A stretch of DNA of 64,000 bases from Octopus sinensis (lineage: Eukaryota), in the NCBI RefSeq assembly GCF_006345805.1, contig NC_043006.1, positions 8,494,001-8,558,000 of the forward strand, in the 5' to 3' direction. Both the position numbers and the translations under genes were made by a program. The notes below the pieces were generated by a model. The model did no database searches and had not been told where the DNA came from. It saw nothing but the letters and a program-made list of their open reading frames with translations. This document shows positions 12,164 to 27,341 of this stretch, piece by piece. The first letter of the stretch is position 1, and every line of letters begins with the position of its first letter.

Positions 12164-15100
12164 ATGAAAAATAGTGTGTTGCATAGACTGTCAGCTCTGT
12201 TTTATATACCGGTGTTGCTAAGGGAAACAATATTCTATGAATCAGTTGATGAACTTACAATGGTAATTTTAGATTATCCCATATTTGGAAAAAGGTTAAA
12301 GCGCATCATATTTTAAATACACTTTTAACTATCTTCTTCTAAATGCAATTTAATATTTAACGGAGGTAAGACTTGCTAATGATTCGTTCGAAGACTGAAT
12401 CAACTTCTGATATAAAACTATGTCTGTAGATATTAACAGAAAACTATTAAAGGAAAAAAAAGACATAATGGAAGGCATAAATTGCGATGGAATTCATTTA
12501 CGATAAAATGATGTATATTGTTGATGTAAATTAAATAATTTCAGTGTAATGATAAATGTTCATATGCAAAAAGTAAAATGATATACCCTCTACGCGAATG
12601 ACCAACGCATATTTTGACTGTTCATGGTATGAGATGAAAGCATGATTTTTGGCGTCAACAATGTGTGTTTCATACATACTGACGCTCGAATAATAATATA
12701 TACAACGGTGAGAAGAACAAAAGCTTTAAGGCTTTGAAGTAAATGTACAAATAAAACGTAAATCTGAACTTATATGAACGTAGGAGAACTGAAGAAGAAA
12801 TTTGCGGACATAATCAGCAGCAAAATGTTTGTAAATTATAGACTAATAAACATCAATGGGGCATCACCAAATTCAGACATTAACTAGCTAACCACTAACT
12901 AATATAATCTTACCCTCTAATTTGATATATCATAACGTTATAAAGGACTGAATTACTAATTTAAAAGGTGTCAATGTATCAAATATACACCAGTATTTAT
13001 CTGCAGCACAATCATACGAAACATATATTTGTCTATTATGCATACATATATGAGTACAACACAGACACACACATATGCATATATTATACATAAACATATT
13101 AATGTATGCACTTATATAACAAGTATACATGCATATACATACGCATATATATATATATATATGTGTGTGTATATATATTGATACATGTATTATATATATA
13201 TTATATATATATATATGTATTATATATATATTATATATATATATATATATGTATTATATATATATATATATATACACATTCGCACACTCACAGACACGCA
13301 GACACACACAAACACACACATATATTCGTATGCATAAATGTGTGTGTAAATGCGTTTTGTGATGCGATTATGTGTGTGTGGTCTGTGTGTACTTGTGGGC
13401 GAGTTACATCGTTTCTCTTATGCACAAACACTCGCACGTCGACACACATAAGCAAACGCATACACACACAGGTTCTCAGATTCTCCGCCCGCATTACATA
13501 ATATATATTATTGTGGAAGTCATAAATTTAGAGAAATCAATCGATTACAGACTGTGCACAGATTGCGTTCTTTGATCATCAAATGCAACGCCTTTCTGAG
13601 ACCAAGAAGTAATTAAGAAATTAGCAGCAATAGAATCTAAATTAGTTATCAAAAGAATATTTACTTTGTAATTTGTAAAGTTAAATTATTCCTAAAAGCT
13701 ACAATGTAGAAAATAGTAATCGATTTAAGCATGTCCAAACTTAAAATGTATTCGACACTTTATATAATTGTGAGTGTTAGCAAGAACACGGAACCTTTCT
13801 TTGATTGGTCATCTAGAAATGTTGTGGCTTCCTTTCTCTTTGCTGCAGAAGTCTGAACTTTCTGAATTCGAAAGCTGCACGCTTTGTATATGATTAATTA
13901 CTGAGGATTGGTTCAATTTTTTTTTCAACTATCAAGAAGACAGTCTATCATTTAATGAAATCAATGACTTGGATGAATATTTTAAAAATACCTTTTACCA
14001 TTATGTTTTCGTTCGATAGGTTAATGTTTGGTATCATTTCTAGAAGAATTCCCCTTCCACTACCTGTTGATAAAAAACATCCTGATGGAAAGTTTTTATA
14101 AATTAAAAGTATTGGTTGGTGTGGATATTATATTTTTATTAGCTAATTTTAAGTTTGTTTGTTTGTTTCTAATTGTATACATATTGCCTCCTTTTTTTCA
14201 TTTTAATATCAAGTTTGGTATTTCTATGAGAAAAACATATATTTTGCAACGAAGCCCACTCCGTCACCTTTAAGAGCGGTATACTGAAAGTATTTTTTCG
14301 GTCCTGTGTGCAAACACCAAATTATATATTACACTGTTTTCGATAACTGAATGAGGTAAAATAATTGTGTTCTTACTTTTCATATGATCGATAAGCAAAT
14401 TGAGCCATCATTTAAGAAACAAATTTCCTTAGAATTATATTTAATTCTATATAAAATGGAGAACAATTGTTGAGTAATCCTTTCACTTCTAAGAATATAG
14501 AATATAGAATATAGTAATCCTTTCAATTCTAAGAATATATCGCTTTTTTCTTTTTGTATGAGTTATACTAAACTTATATTTGAATTTATTTCATTATATA
14601 ACTAAATACTCATCACGGATTCTAATTGGAATATTTAGTTTTGTGGCTTTGAAACTTAAGTATGTATTATCAATTGCTAGTTAACCTAACTTTACGTAGA
14701 ATTATGTATACAAAAACAGAAATTAGTATACTGAAATGAGTACGTGAAACATGAATTGTAGTGCAGAATAAGAAGTGCGTCCAAACGAACTCTGTTCCGT
14801 TGTTTATAACACAACAACTATTAACGTCGGAATGGAAAGTTCTTCCCCGAACTATATAACCAGTCACCCAACTCCATCAATATTCGACTCGTTCCGAAAT
14901 GGTACTAAATAAATAGCTGAATATTTACAATAGACTAGTGATATCGTTTATAAATATCCATCCACATATATTTTATCTGAATATATATTCCTACAAATAA
15001 ACAAATTAAACATCATGTGCCCGACGATATATTCAAAGGTTGTGAACGCTGATCCTATCAATGAAGAAAGGGCTCATAAATATATACATTTTTTTCGAAG

Positions 15101-15612
15101 TGCTTAAGACAAAAAAGGTAACTTTAAAAGAGTGGGAATTCAAAGTATATCTAATAATAAATAAATCATGTGATCATAAACTTCGATTGCTTCAATAGTG
15201 TATACATTTATCATAAAACGTGAACCATTCTGCCAGACATTATAAATCAGATCTACGATTTTATATCTGTCAAATAGAATTTTAAGAAGGGACGACGATA
15301 CTTTTTACCAGAATATGTGCCAGTATTAATGGAATATAATCAACTCCTTTGAGGAAAATCATGCTACGTGTATGGCTTCTTGTATATTCATAAGTACGTA
15401 TATTCAAACTGATAGCCATGTATACACACGCGCTACACGCTCGAATATACAAACACATATTTAATAATGTATGTATGCAGATATCTATGCGTCTGTTTTT
15501 CTTTCTGTCTGTCTATCTATGTATTTCTCTATTTCTCCAGATAGGTATCTATAAATACATTTATCAACATACTTGTACATATAAACAAGTGTATGTGCAA
15601 ATATATATATAT

Positions 15613-15660
<48 letters not shown>

Positions 15661-15696
15661 TATATATATATTTGCATATATATATATTTGCATATA

Positions 15697-15739
<43 letters not shown>

Positions 15740-15740
15740 T

Positions 15741-15782
<42 letters not shown>

Positions 15783-16129
15783 CATGTGTGTGTGCGTGCG
15801 TGTGGGTATGTATTTGTGTGCATAAAATACATATGAACTGATTTAAGCAACTTGACATCTGTCCAAAAACATACCATATTGAAATGAAAAATAGCCTGAA
15901 GAATTATAGAAACATCGTTTTGGGGTCATGCGTTATCAGTCAAGTGCCACATAGTTTCATGTTCTTTATTTCCCCTGGCAGAACAGCTTATATGGGAAAA
16001 CAAATAAAAAAAAAGCCCCTTTCATACATATCTGTAAATCGAATGCAAAGTGATATCGATTCGAATTAGTATAGTAGGTTAGATATGTTCTGCATAGAAG
16101 ACCATACTCTTTGCAAGTAGTATGTCACT

Positions 16130-16225
<96 letters not shown>

Positions 16226-17110
16226 TTCTTCCTACTTATATGGAGAATGACGACGTCATATGAGGTTGGGAGGTATTTTCTTGACTTTATGTAATATTAT
16301 GTTAGTAAACGATTTTATTGCAAATAAAATTATCATATGGAGTATATAACTCTTAAAATCTTAAATACAAATAGATATTCATAACATAGAAACATTTAGA
16401 ACTACTACAGTTTTATTCATATCTGTATGTTAGTGGCATTTATATCACTGACTACACAATGATAGAAAGCTCGTCCTTTCTGGAATGGTCTCGTCAAAAT
16501 TCTGAATATAAAGCAGTGAATCTAAATAGGTGAAAGTGTGCAGTTCGGCGCTCAACTAACTGCTCCATCTAAATAATGAATTTTTACATCTTGGCAATGT
16601 TGAAGATTCTTTAGGTAACTCTATTCTCAGTTACAGTTCTCTGACTAGTGCCTCTTTTATCCACACTACATGCATATCAGTTTAAATTAAATGCAGATGA
16701 ATTTGAACAAAAAAAAAGGAGCGGGTTTTAACTAAAAACTGTAAAGAAGAATGTTATTCGATCTACTGAATCTGCCAATCGAAAGCAATTCTATCTCTCA
16801 GAAAAAGAAACATAGTATCTAAAGTAAGCGTTGCAAAAATAGAAATCAGATAGTTATGGCCTGAAGCTTCGATAATTATGTAACATTTCACAGTAATACG
16901 TTAAATTTCTGACAGTTAGTTCTCAGAAAGTCAATGACTCTACTTGAAGAAATTTGTCATCCGCTAGAATACTTTCAACCCCAAGAAATCAATACGCTAT
17001 TAACTACACGATATGGTCCATTTCCACATTAACAGTAATAGATATAGATTAAAGAATTGATTTAAATTATATATGTACACACACACACACACACACACAA
17101 AAAAAAAAAT

Positions 17111-17157
<47 letters not shown>

Positions 17158-17469
17158 TATATATATATATTATATGTACATAAATCATATATATGTATAT
17201 ATGAATACACATATGCATGCGAAAACGCATACACTTATATACACACACGTATATATATGTGATACGTGATCACATGACTGACCAAGCAATGAGGCGGTGT
17301 TACATATGGCTGTTCACAATGTATTTTGCAACGGTTTACCCTTCGAATGACACACCCTCCACAGAACCCCACCCCGCATACATGTATGGATATTCCCACT
17401 CATATCTCAACTTCTCCTCCTCCCAGCCTACCCACACCATCTTTTGTTTTTCTGTAAATTTCAACTATA

Positions 17470-17513
<44 letters not shown>

Positions 17514-18931
17514 GTAAATGAGGGTGAAAAATTAGATATTAATTTAATAATACCAACAGTTTAACACCAAGTGGCCAAGCACATAAAAAACACAGACTGA
17601 ACTACGTAGGAACCACTACCGTCCACTCTAACAGCTAACGTGCTAAATTTAGATTGCCTTCTTCTGGTCCTATCACTATACATATTCATTCAACCATGTT
17701 AGCCAGAATTTTTGGCTCAAACATATAGTTCCATATTAATGCACGGACATAGCAGGAAACCTACAAAAAATGTTAAGGCTAATCACGTGATCCCCGTCAA
17801 CTAATTTTGACAGAAATTTCAGACAAAATATTTTCTGCTTTGTTGCATCTGTAGAAATTTCAAAGCTTAGTGATAATTTTAAAATTCGTTGTATCGTTGC
17901 AATTTTTCACACTGAATCTCGGGGGGATATTTAGCTTTTTCCAGAAAAAAATTAGTAAAACTGGAATAGAGTTTTAAAGTTTGATCATATTTACCCAGTC
18001 AGAATACAGGATTTGGAAGCTATCATCTTGTGTGTGACAGCACGTGTTGTTAACTATAAACAAATGAAATAGTGGCCGAAAACTGCTTTATGCCACATAA
18101 TACATCGTAACGTTTTTATTTTTGGGAATTTGCAGGTAAGTTTTGTGGAATTCCTACGTTTATGCAAAAACTAAAAAATAAAGAATTTTTTTAAAGCCTC
18201 TTTAATTATTATTCTTAGCACACCTCACAACCAGCATTTAATAAGCGACAAGTGAACTCGTGAGTAAGCTACTCGGTAATTGCTTGGCTTGTTACTATGG
18301 AAAGAGATATGAACGTGTCCGTGGTTTACAATTGGCTAAATTTACCCAAAATTTGCAAACTTTAACAGCTATTACTGCTTTAATTTTTTATTTATTGCGG
18401 AAATGAATTTCATATCAATGGTTAGCATACAAAACCTCATCATTGCACCTAGTACGAAATCAATTGGAACAGAAATTGAAAAGTGACAGTCGAACTGAAA
18501 GGATCCTGCAGACAGTCTTGATTGTTTGAGAGTGTCACAAGACGTGTTCACTCAACCATGACAGCATTAACTTACGACGCAAAGTATATTGTCACGTGCC
18601 GTTGATAAAGAAACGTAGCGGACAAATTACAAGAGTTTATAAACCTAATCACGTGATCATCCTTGGCCAATCAAAAACATAGCCACAACAGGTACTAATT
18701 CGAGACATGTTCTCTCTCAAAACCAAGAATAAGAATCTTAGGAACTCCAGTCAGAAGCAAGACAGTTTCAACATAGCTCCACCTCTTTCTGCCTCAACTT
18801 TAGAAAATTTGAGAAATCTGTGAATCCGCTTAAGTGCTCAAAAACTTTACAATAAGAAATCTAGACGAACTACAGTGCATGAATCTTCAACGTCTTATAT
18901 ATATTTATATATACACACACACACACACACG

Positions 18932-18988
<57 letters not shown>

Positions 18989-19412
18989 GCATGTATGTAT
19001 GTATATGTACATATATATGTGTTTATGTGCACATATATGTCTGTATGTATGTATATGAAAGTATATGTATGTATTTATATATATGTATGTACGTATACGA
19101 TTGCCCATCAATGAATAATTAACATCAAAATAAAGGGGAGATTAATAGAGCTTGTCTTATCTCCAGACATAGGAAATTTTAAAAAGTACCACAAGAGAAT
19201 ATTTTGATTAATAATTTTAGTGGAGTTTGAAACGACGTACAGTAATATAATATTTCCTGCCTATTAAGTTCCTGGAAAACGAAAAGAAAATAATTAGAAG
19301 ATTATATGGATTTGTACGCCTTATGCATGATATATATATCCAAACATTTCATATGAATTACCTAAAACACAGACACACACACATGCACATATATATACAC
19401 ACACAAACATAC

Positions 19413-19487
<75 letters not shown>

Positions 19488-19488
<1 letters not shown>

Positions 19489-19592
19489 TTTATTTAAAGC
19501 AGCAGAAAATTCAATAAAACCTGTTACTCTGAGTTTCCTGTTGCCGTTCATCGGACAGTTTTTGTTAGAATTTTCTTCTGCTTTAAATAAAG
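19488..19592 (-). ncRNA. Hammerhead-like motif (19521-19558) enclosed by a 25-bp inverted repeat; probable Penelope-like LTR remnant
   Basis: Minus strand: CUGU-CCGAUGA-ACG GCAA CAG-GAAAC U CAG AGU-A-ACAG. Stem I has 4 perfect bp and stem III is ACU/AGU; the core has U4C and stem II is weak. Outer arms 19488-19512 and 19568-19592 have one mismatch. Confidence 0.5.
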
Positions 19593-19663
19593 CATATTAC
19601 TCTACCACTGGTATTTGAGTACTCTTTTTTCCACCTAGTTTCACATTTATGTGTTTACTCCGG

Positions 19664-19708
<45 letters not shown>

Positions 19709-19749
19709 GTATATATGTAAATATATATATGTATATATGTAAATATATA

Positions 19750-19788
<39 letters not shown>

Positions 19789-19852
19789 GAATATATATAT
19801 ACATATATATATACACTATATATAATGAATATATATATATATATATTATATA

Positions 19853-19885
<33 letters not shown>

Positions 19886-20910
19886 AGCATACAAACAATA
19901 TTCATATATATAAACATACACACATAATATATGTATGTAAATGTTTATTTATTCTTTTTAAGTATGATAAAAATGTTATTACATTAATCTGATGGCATAT
20001 TCTATACTTTTGCATAATTCAAATTTATCATTCTGAAATAAGAATCATTGACTGGCCCTATACTGTCTATATAGCATTAAAATCTTCTTTGAATATTTGC
20101 ATTTGAGGGAAGCGATGCTTAGGTTTTAGGGTGTTTTTTTATGAGGAGTTGTTTTGTAGAATTTTTTAATGATTAAATTTTTAGTGATTGCATAAAAAGT
20201 TTGCTTAAAATATTTTTCTTGCATGCAGAAATTTGTAAGCAAATATGAAGATTTATGTGTATCTCGTTCAGTAGGTAGGTATAGGATATCCACAAATGTT
20301 GGCTAAAGTCTTAAACAGAATATAAAATACAATAATACGTTATGAAATGAAACATAACTGAAGAAGTTTATATAAATACATAGCCAAATGCTTACTACTT
20401 CTATGAATAGTACCAAACAAAAGTAAAGAAACTATACTATCTACTTTCATTCTTTTGTGAAGCCCTAAAATTTTCAATTGCATGTAACTTGACACGTCCA
20501 ATTACTAAACGTTTAAATACTGGACTACATTTTAAACCGTTGATATCATTATTAGCAAAGAAAACAACGAAATCCAATAAAAGCCAAAATAACTGAAGCT
20601 ACAGGAACGTCCGATACGTAACTACCAAAACAAATACATCTCTATATTCAGACCTGCTTACATAGTTCTCCATATATGAAAATATTCTAAACAATAACAT
20701 TACCCCGAATTCAATCAATAAAACATATCCAAAATACCCCTTCCAGACAACCTACTCTTACCATTCCACTCAGACCCAAATACTACAAGAAGATTTTAAC
20801 TGACGATTTAAACCAAAGAGAAAATTCAAAGCATCGCAGTGCAACAATGGCTTTGCGAAATACCGAAGTCAGTGCTAATAATATTCTTGTTTAAGAATAA
20901 TATATACATT

Positions 20911-20980
<70 letters not shown>

Positions 20981-21010
20981 ATATGTTTATATATATATAT
21001 GGTATGTATG

Positions 21011-21125
<115 letters not shown>

Positions 21126-21744
21126 GATATGCATATGCATATATATATGTATATATTATATATATATATCTATGTATATTTATACATTTATACATATATA
21201 TGTATATATAATACATGTAACATATAACATATTGTATACATTCATACATACCAACATATATATATACATCCATAAACACACACATATATATATATCTGTA
21301 CATACATAAATACATTCGCAAATTAACTTTACACATTGGTATACATTTGTCAAAATATATTTTACAAAAATAATATAAATTGGAGACACATGGAGGAAAA
21401 TTAGACAAATAATTTTTATTAGTCAGATAATGCAAAGTAATTAACAGTAATAATTTTATGCAAGTAAGTGTAATATTTAAAAAAAGGTTTTATGAAAATA
21501 AACATGACACTGACATAATTAAAATTTAGGAAAATTAGAATGAAATATCATAAAACATTTCATGAAGAACAGAAGAATATCATTCAAATATAAAAATATC
21601 TGTATATAAAAAATAGCATAGACACACTGGACACATACACGCAAACGCATATACACATATATTATACTCATATGTGCATACCTGTATGAATATACATATA
21701 TAAAAACAACGAGTAATAATCATAATACACCTAAAAATTGATTG

Positions 21745-22110
21745 CCCTAGGAAAGTAATTTGGTTCGCCCTTCTTTTTCCTCAGCGTAAAAACTAACATA
21801 GTTAAAAGATTCTTGTCTCTCCTCGACAAACTTTTTCCAGAAAATCACAGGTACAAGGAAATATTTAACAGGTGTCCAGTGAATTTATCTTGTAGTTGCT
21901 GTCCTGATATGAAAAGCACCATTACACGAAAAGAACAAGAAAATACAATCCCAGGTGTAACTCTTGAAACCCAGGAATCTGTCCACTTTAAAGGGGATGC
22001 ATGATTAAATCCGTCATATATATGAGACAGAGGTTACAGCAACATAAGATGGTAATACAACCGATATGAAGAGTTATATCGGACAATCTGAAGGCGAATT
22101 AAAATATTGC
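21745..22110 (+). mobile_element. Decayed Penelope-like element (linker + GIY-YIG endonuclease)
   Basis: RKVIWF...SVKTNIVKRFLSLLDKLFPENHRYKEIFNR..V.LS.SCCPDMKS.I, then VIYETEVT...KSYIGQSEGELK. Confidence 0.85.
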
Positions 22111-22349
22111 AGCTCTAGTTATATATTTTACTTCGGTAAGAGGGACGAAAGTAAAGCTAGTAGATTGGCCGGCCATGTATGAGACTGGAGTTGAACACCA
22201 CACTGCATACGATAAAGTAGTAAATACTCGAAAAATCTACGCCATTTTTTAACGTATCAAAAAATTGCTAGCTATGCGTAACAGAGGACTTCAGACGCTT
22301 TTCAAATCTAAGAACTCTAAAACAGCTGAATTCTAGATCCGAAATTTTC

Positions 22350-22615
22350 AGCCCTTCTAAGCTTGTTGGAGCAACGCCCTTGTAACCCCCTTTTCAATGG
22401 CAATTACCTTTTGTTGAAGATGGGAGTTGACATCGATGCCCTTTCTTGAGTTTCTTGCAGTAACATACGTTCACCTGGGACCTTTCACAGCAGGAGGTCA
22501 AGTTGTTTCTACAGAATATCTACTCCTAATCCATGGAGATCTCACAGATGTTTTGACAAGGTATTAAACAGCTGTGGGGCCCTTCAAATAGCACATGATG
22601 AAGGGCCCCACAGAC
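22350..22615 (-). mobile_element. CR1/L2-like LINE 3' fragment
   Basis: GPQLFNTLSKHL.DLHGLGVDIL.KQLDLLL.KVP resembles the C-terminus of the 4826-5800 element. Confidence 0.6.
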
Positions 22616-24516
22616 TATCTGGAATCTTTATATATATAGATACGTAATATATTTCAGGAGATATGTACAGTATAAGAACCGTACCGTAAACAATTATATC
22701 TCATTCCGATATATTTGTACTATCATTTCGAAAATTATAACCAGTATATAAAAGCATGTATACATAGAAACTATATGCGCCGTTGTGAGAGTATGAAGGT
22801 GAGTAGTTATGTATATAGATACGTGAATAAATATTTATGCCTGCAGTTGTTTAAAAAGATATGCATCAAAAAAGAGAGGGAAGTTGACACAGATAAAAGA
22901 CATGTAATCATATATTCGCACACGCACGCACAAAGAGAAAAATAAAGACATGTACACATATATTCATACGCGCAAGCACAAAGAAAAAACGACCGTAGCA
23001 AATTTGTGGAAAATCAATTAAAAATGAATATATTATGAAATTACTGAAGCGTAATAAACAAATAACGAACTAGAGCTAAGAAAACAGTACAGAAGTTGAG
23101 AAATACATTTTAAGCTCAAAGCTAATAAACAATACGCAAAAGAAAGAGATATTAGAAGTAGGTTCCTCACAGGTCTTTGACCAGATAAACATGGACACTT
23201 GAAATCAGTAAATGAAACATATATTCTCAATAACAGAAACGACCAATGAAAGCATAGGTAAAAATAAACATAGAATTAGGAAATGAAAACATGAACAATA
23301 TCAAAATATATACTGTTTGAAATTAGTCACCGAAGGAGAGCCAATAAAAATAGCATAATATCAAAACAGTCGAAATCTCTCATAAAATATTATAACAGGC
23401 AAATGGGGCCCCAAACTAGCAGAAATATTAGAACAGAATATGAATGCCGTACAAAAAAGGAAAACAACAACAGTTTTCGCTTGAAAACCAGGCAGCTTTG
23501 AAATTCAACACACTTTAAGAGATAGCATATAGTAGACTATTTATCATATATATTTTATCAATATTTGAAAAGACAGAAAAATATTGATTGTTTATTTCTC
23601 TTTCTGTGTATACACACACACACACACATACACACACATACAAACACACACACTCCTACACACATACACGCTCACAAACACTCACACACATATATAAGCA
23701 CATATTATCTGAGGTAAATAAGCAGTATAAGGATAGTCATTTCCTTTGTAATTTATGTGGTGCATGTGACTTGATTATATGCTGTATAATATACGTAATT
23801 GTATATTATATCTGTTATTTCTGCATGTAGATTGTTAGTTAATTAGTAAGCAGGTACTCTAAGTTAAATGTTATAGTGTATTGAATGTGAAAGGTTAGTT
23901 TCTCCTAAGAAGTCTCATATCGATTCAGCTTCTCAATTATCAGTGTAACGGTAACTATAGGGACAAATAACACCGCCTACGATCTATAATTTCTCAAAGA
24001 AATGTAATTACAAGCTCACTATATAGTTGCATATAGTTCCATTGCATTAAGAAGTTGTATGTACTTTAATAAAGTATTTACTTCCGATCTTCGGAAAATT
24101 TCTAGAAGTGAGCACCATCGATACTAGAATCAACAGTTAAATTACGTATACCTAATGTTTAGATGTTCGCATCCCGGGGACATTACGAAAATCAACTTGG
24201 CGATGTCTTATCTTCAGAGGGGAAATGTAACACAAATGTAACTTCTAGCAGCAGGTAAGTTTGTCAACGACTGGAAAGGCTAATAACGGATTTGAAATTC
24301 TTTGATTTTAAAAGAAATTGCAAAAAAATACTAGAAGGTGAAATAAGAATAAAATTCTAATTAAGAATAGTTCTTTCATTTCAAAAACAGTTCTTTCATT
24401 TCAAAACGCTCTGGAATAATGCTGTTCCCCTACGCATATACATATACATACGCATATACAATACAGACACACACACATATATACACTTACGTATACACAG
24501 CCATACACACACACAT

Positions 24517-24547
<31 letters not shown>

Positions 24548-24848
24548 AATTATTTAATATGTATATGCAGAAAATATAGCCTACAATAAGTGAATATTTA
24601 AAATTTCAAATATACTTACAGCATGCATTGAAATGGATTACAATTGGTTGAATGAAAATATGTTTGTAGCTTCTTTTATATTCATTTAAGACTTTACTTT
24701 CCAAAAACTCATTTAAACTTCATTAAAGCATTTGTGCGGCATTATTAGTAAATAAACTAAAAATACACTTTTGAATTACGTTGAAATAGAATACATACAT
24801 TACATATTTGTTTTAATTATAAACTGCCGATACATTACTTATAATTAT

Positions 24849-24892
24849 AATTATTATTGTTGTTGTTATTATTATTATTATTATTATTGTTG

Positions 24893-24947
<55 letters not shown>

Positions 24948-24968
24948 TATTATTATTGTTATTATTGT
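24849..24968. repeat. (ATT/GTT)n trinucleotide microsatellite
   Basis: Direct reading. Confidence 0.95.
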
Positions 24969-25869
24969 TAAACATCACGATTGGTATAATGAGGCAATGC
25001 CGTATACCGGAGAAGAAACTGAGAACGAAATATATTTTCTAACACAGCTACAAGATACACTTAGAGTTCAACAAACAAAATATGGGCAGCATGTATTTAT
25101 AAGCATGTAATCTAAAGACAACATCAGTACATGATATGTACAACATCAAAGCAATGGAAAAAAAGATATCTAAGAGAAAATCTCAAGTTAGAAAAACTAA
25201 AGCCAATACTAAATTCGCCATTTTCAAAAGACACAAATGAAACAGACATTCAAGGTGAAGCATATCAAAATTAATCTTGTATGTACAGGAAAAATAATAA
25301 AACTTTTATTTCTATGGACATATCCTGCATCAAAAGTAGGAAATTTATTGATTAAATTTAGCTAAATAACAGAACATGAGACAATACAAGATTAAAAAAA
25401 TGATGAAATTTAATCAATAAAATTCATTTACTTTGATGCAAGTTATAGACAAAAATAGCATATCTTCTTAAAAGTTTTGAATTCATAATTATATAACAAA
25501 AATCAGGTCAAATGAATTACAAAAAGAGGCACGCCTCTTCTTTGGTCACCGCTGGGCAAAACTGATATTTGCTTTCAATATGAATTTTGCCATTTTTAAA
25601 AATAACCGCACATAGAAATACCGTTGAATCGATCACATTTATTATAAAAAGCAGACAAAATACTTAAGACAAAATAATTGAATAGTATTTATAATTAATG
25701 GAAAGAGATTGGCAGAATCTAACTACAACTCTGCCGTTAATTTCAATGATATATTTAGTACTTTATTCAAATAAACTTTTGTGTTGTATCCCGTAACCTT
25801 AAATGCTATCTCATAATCACTCTGCGTGTCTTTGTTGTCTGTATAATTTATATACACACACACACACAT

Positions 25870-25951
<82 letters not shown>

Positions 25952-26008
25952 TATATGCATACATATATATATACGTACACATATACGTATATACATAAAT
26001 ATATAAGT

Positions 26009-26071
<63 letters not shown>

Positions 26072-26094
26072 CACACACATATTCATACATACAG

Positions 26095-26160
<66 letters not shown>

Positions 26161-26176
26161 CATATATGTATCTATC

Positions 26177-26210
<34 letters not shown>

Positions 26211-26354
26211 ATATACATATATATATGTGTGTGTGTGTGTGTGTGTATGTGTGTGTGTGTGTGTGCGTGTTATGTGAGTACCTATCTATTTCATATATAT
26301 ATGTGTATGTGTATATGTAACTGTGTAACGTAATATTTAGTTCATTTAGATACC

Positions 26355-27290
26355 AATCGTGAGATGGAATCGGTGGATTAGTGGCGGGGAAGTGCAACGA
26401 AGTTCTCGGGAAGACTCTGGGCGCGGATGACAAGGGGCTGGCTAGTCTGTTTTGGAGGACGTTCCGGTCGGGAATTATCATGGATAATTTGCAGATGTCC
26501 TTTACCTGGTAGTACTACCGGCGGACCAGACCGGTTCGAGATAAACTCCACAGGCACGGATGTGCTGTCAGACGGGCTTGTCCGAGTTGTGTGCAAAGAG
26601 ACGAAAGCGTTCTGCACGTCCTCGTTCAGTGTCTGGGAATTACTGACTTGTGGGGTTATGTCAAACAACTGCTCTCAAGTGTGGAGCGGATACATCTATC
26701 GGCCAAGTCTCAAGTGATGATAGCACCTCTGCCCTCCTTCAATTGGGAAGGCAAGACGGTTTTCCTTTGCCAGGTGGCTGTGGGGAAAAAGGTTGTTTGG
26801 TGTACAAGGCTGAAAGGCATGAGGGCAGAAACATTCCTCTTTGATATAGTAGAGTTCTCATTGACCTCTTCCAGTTTCACTTGAAAAGGAAGCTGAGAGT
26901 GGAGAGGGAAGTGCTGTCCTGGAGCAAGTATAATGAAATGTGGGTGAAAGTTGCGAAAATGGCAGGAGTGGATGGTATATCTCTATATGGTATCTCTCTA
27001 TAGGAAAGGGCACTTGCTCCTAGTATTTCAGGGAACTCTCAGACAGTAGAGGCCTTCCTGTATCATCCTCTCCGCCACTTTCTTTTACAGCATTTGTATG
27101 CTATGCTTATGTCCCTTCTGTTTCAGTGTATACCATGTATATTTGCTCTCTTTCTTTCTTTCATTTTTTATCGTTTCATTATATGTAAACACCCACACTT
27201 CATGTCTATTTTTGTATTGCCCCCCTCATCCTTCTCGTTTGTGGCACATAAATGAAATCATCATCATCATCATCGTCATCACCATTATTA
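26355..27290 (+). mobile_element. Tx1/L1-clade LINE 3' end with CCHC zinc knuckle and (ATC)n tail
   Basis: ...PVRDKLHRHG...CPSCVQRDESVLHVLVQC...LW (C-x2-C-x8-H-x4-C at 26579-26632), then HLKRKLRVERE. GC-richer than the flanks, with one in-frame stop and a frameshift. The 3' UTR ends in aaatgaa(atc)n. Confidence 0.85.

Positions 27291-27341
<51 letters not shown>

Noticed and set aside
17690-18700. Possible non-autonomous DNA transposon (two ctaatcacgtgatc motifs, distinct composition)
   Set aside because: Could not define TIRs, a TSD or coding remnants by eye.
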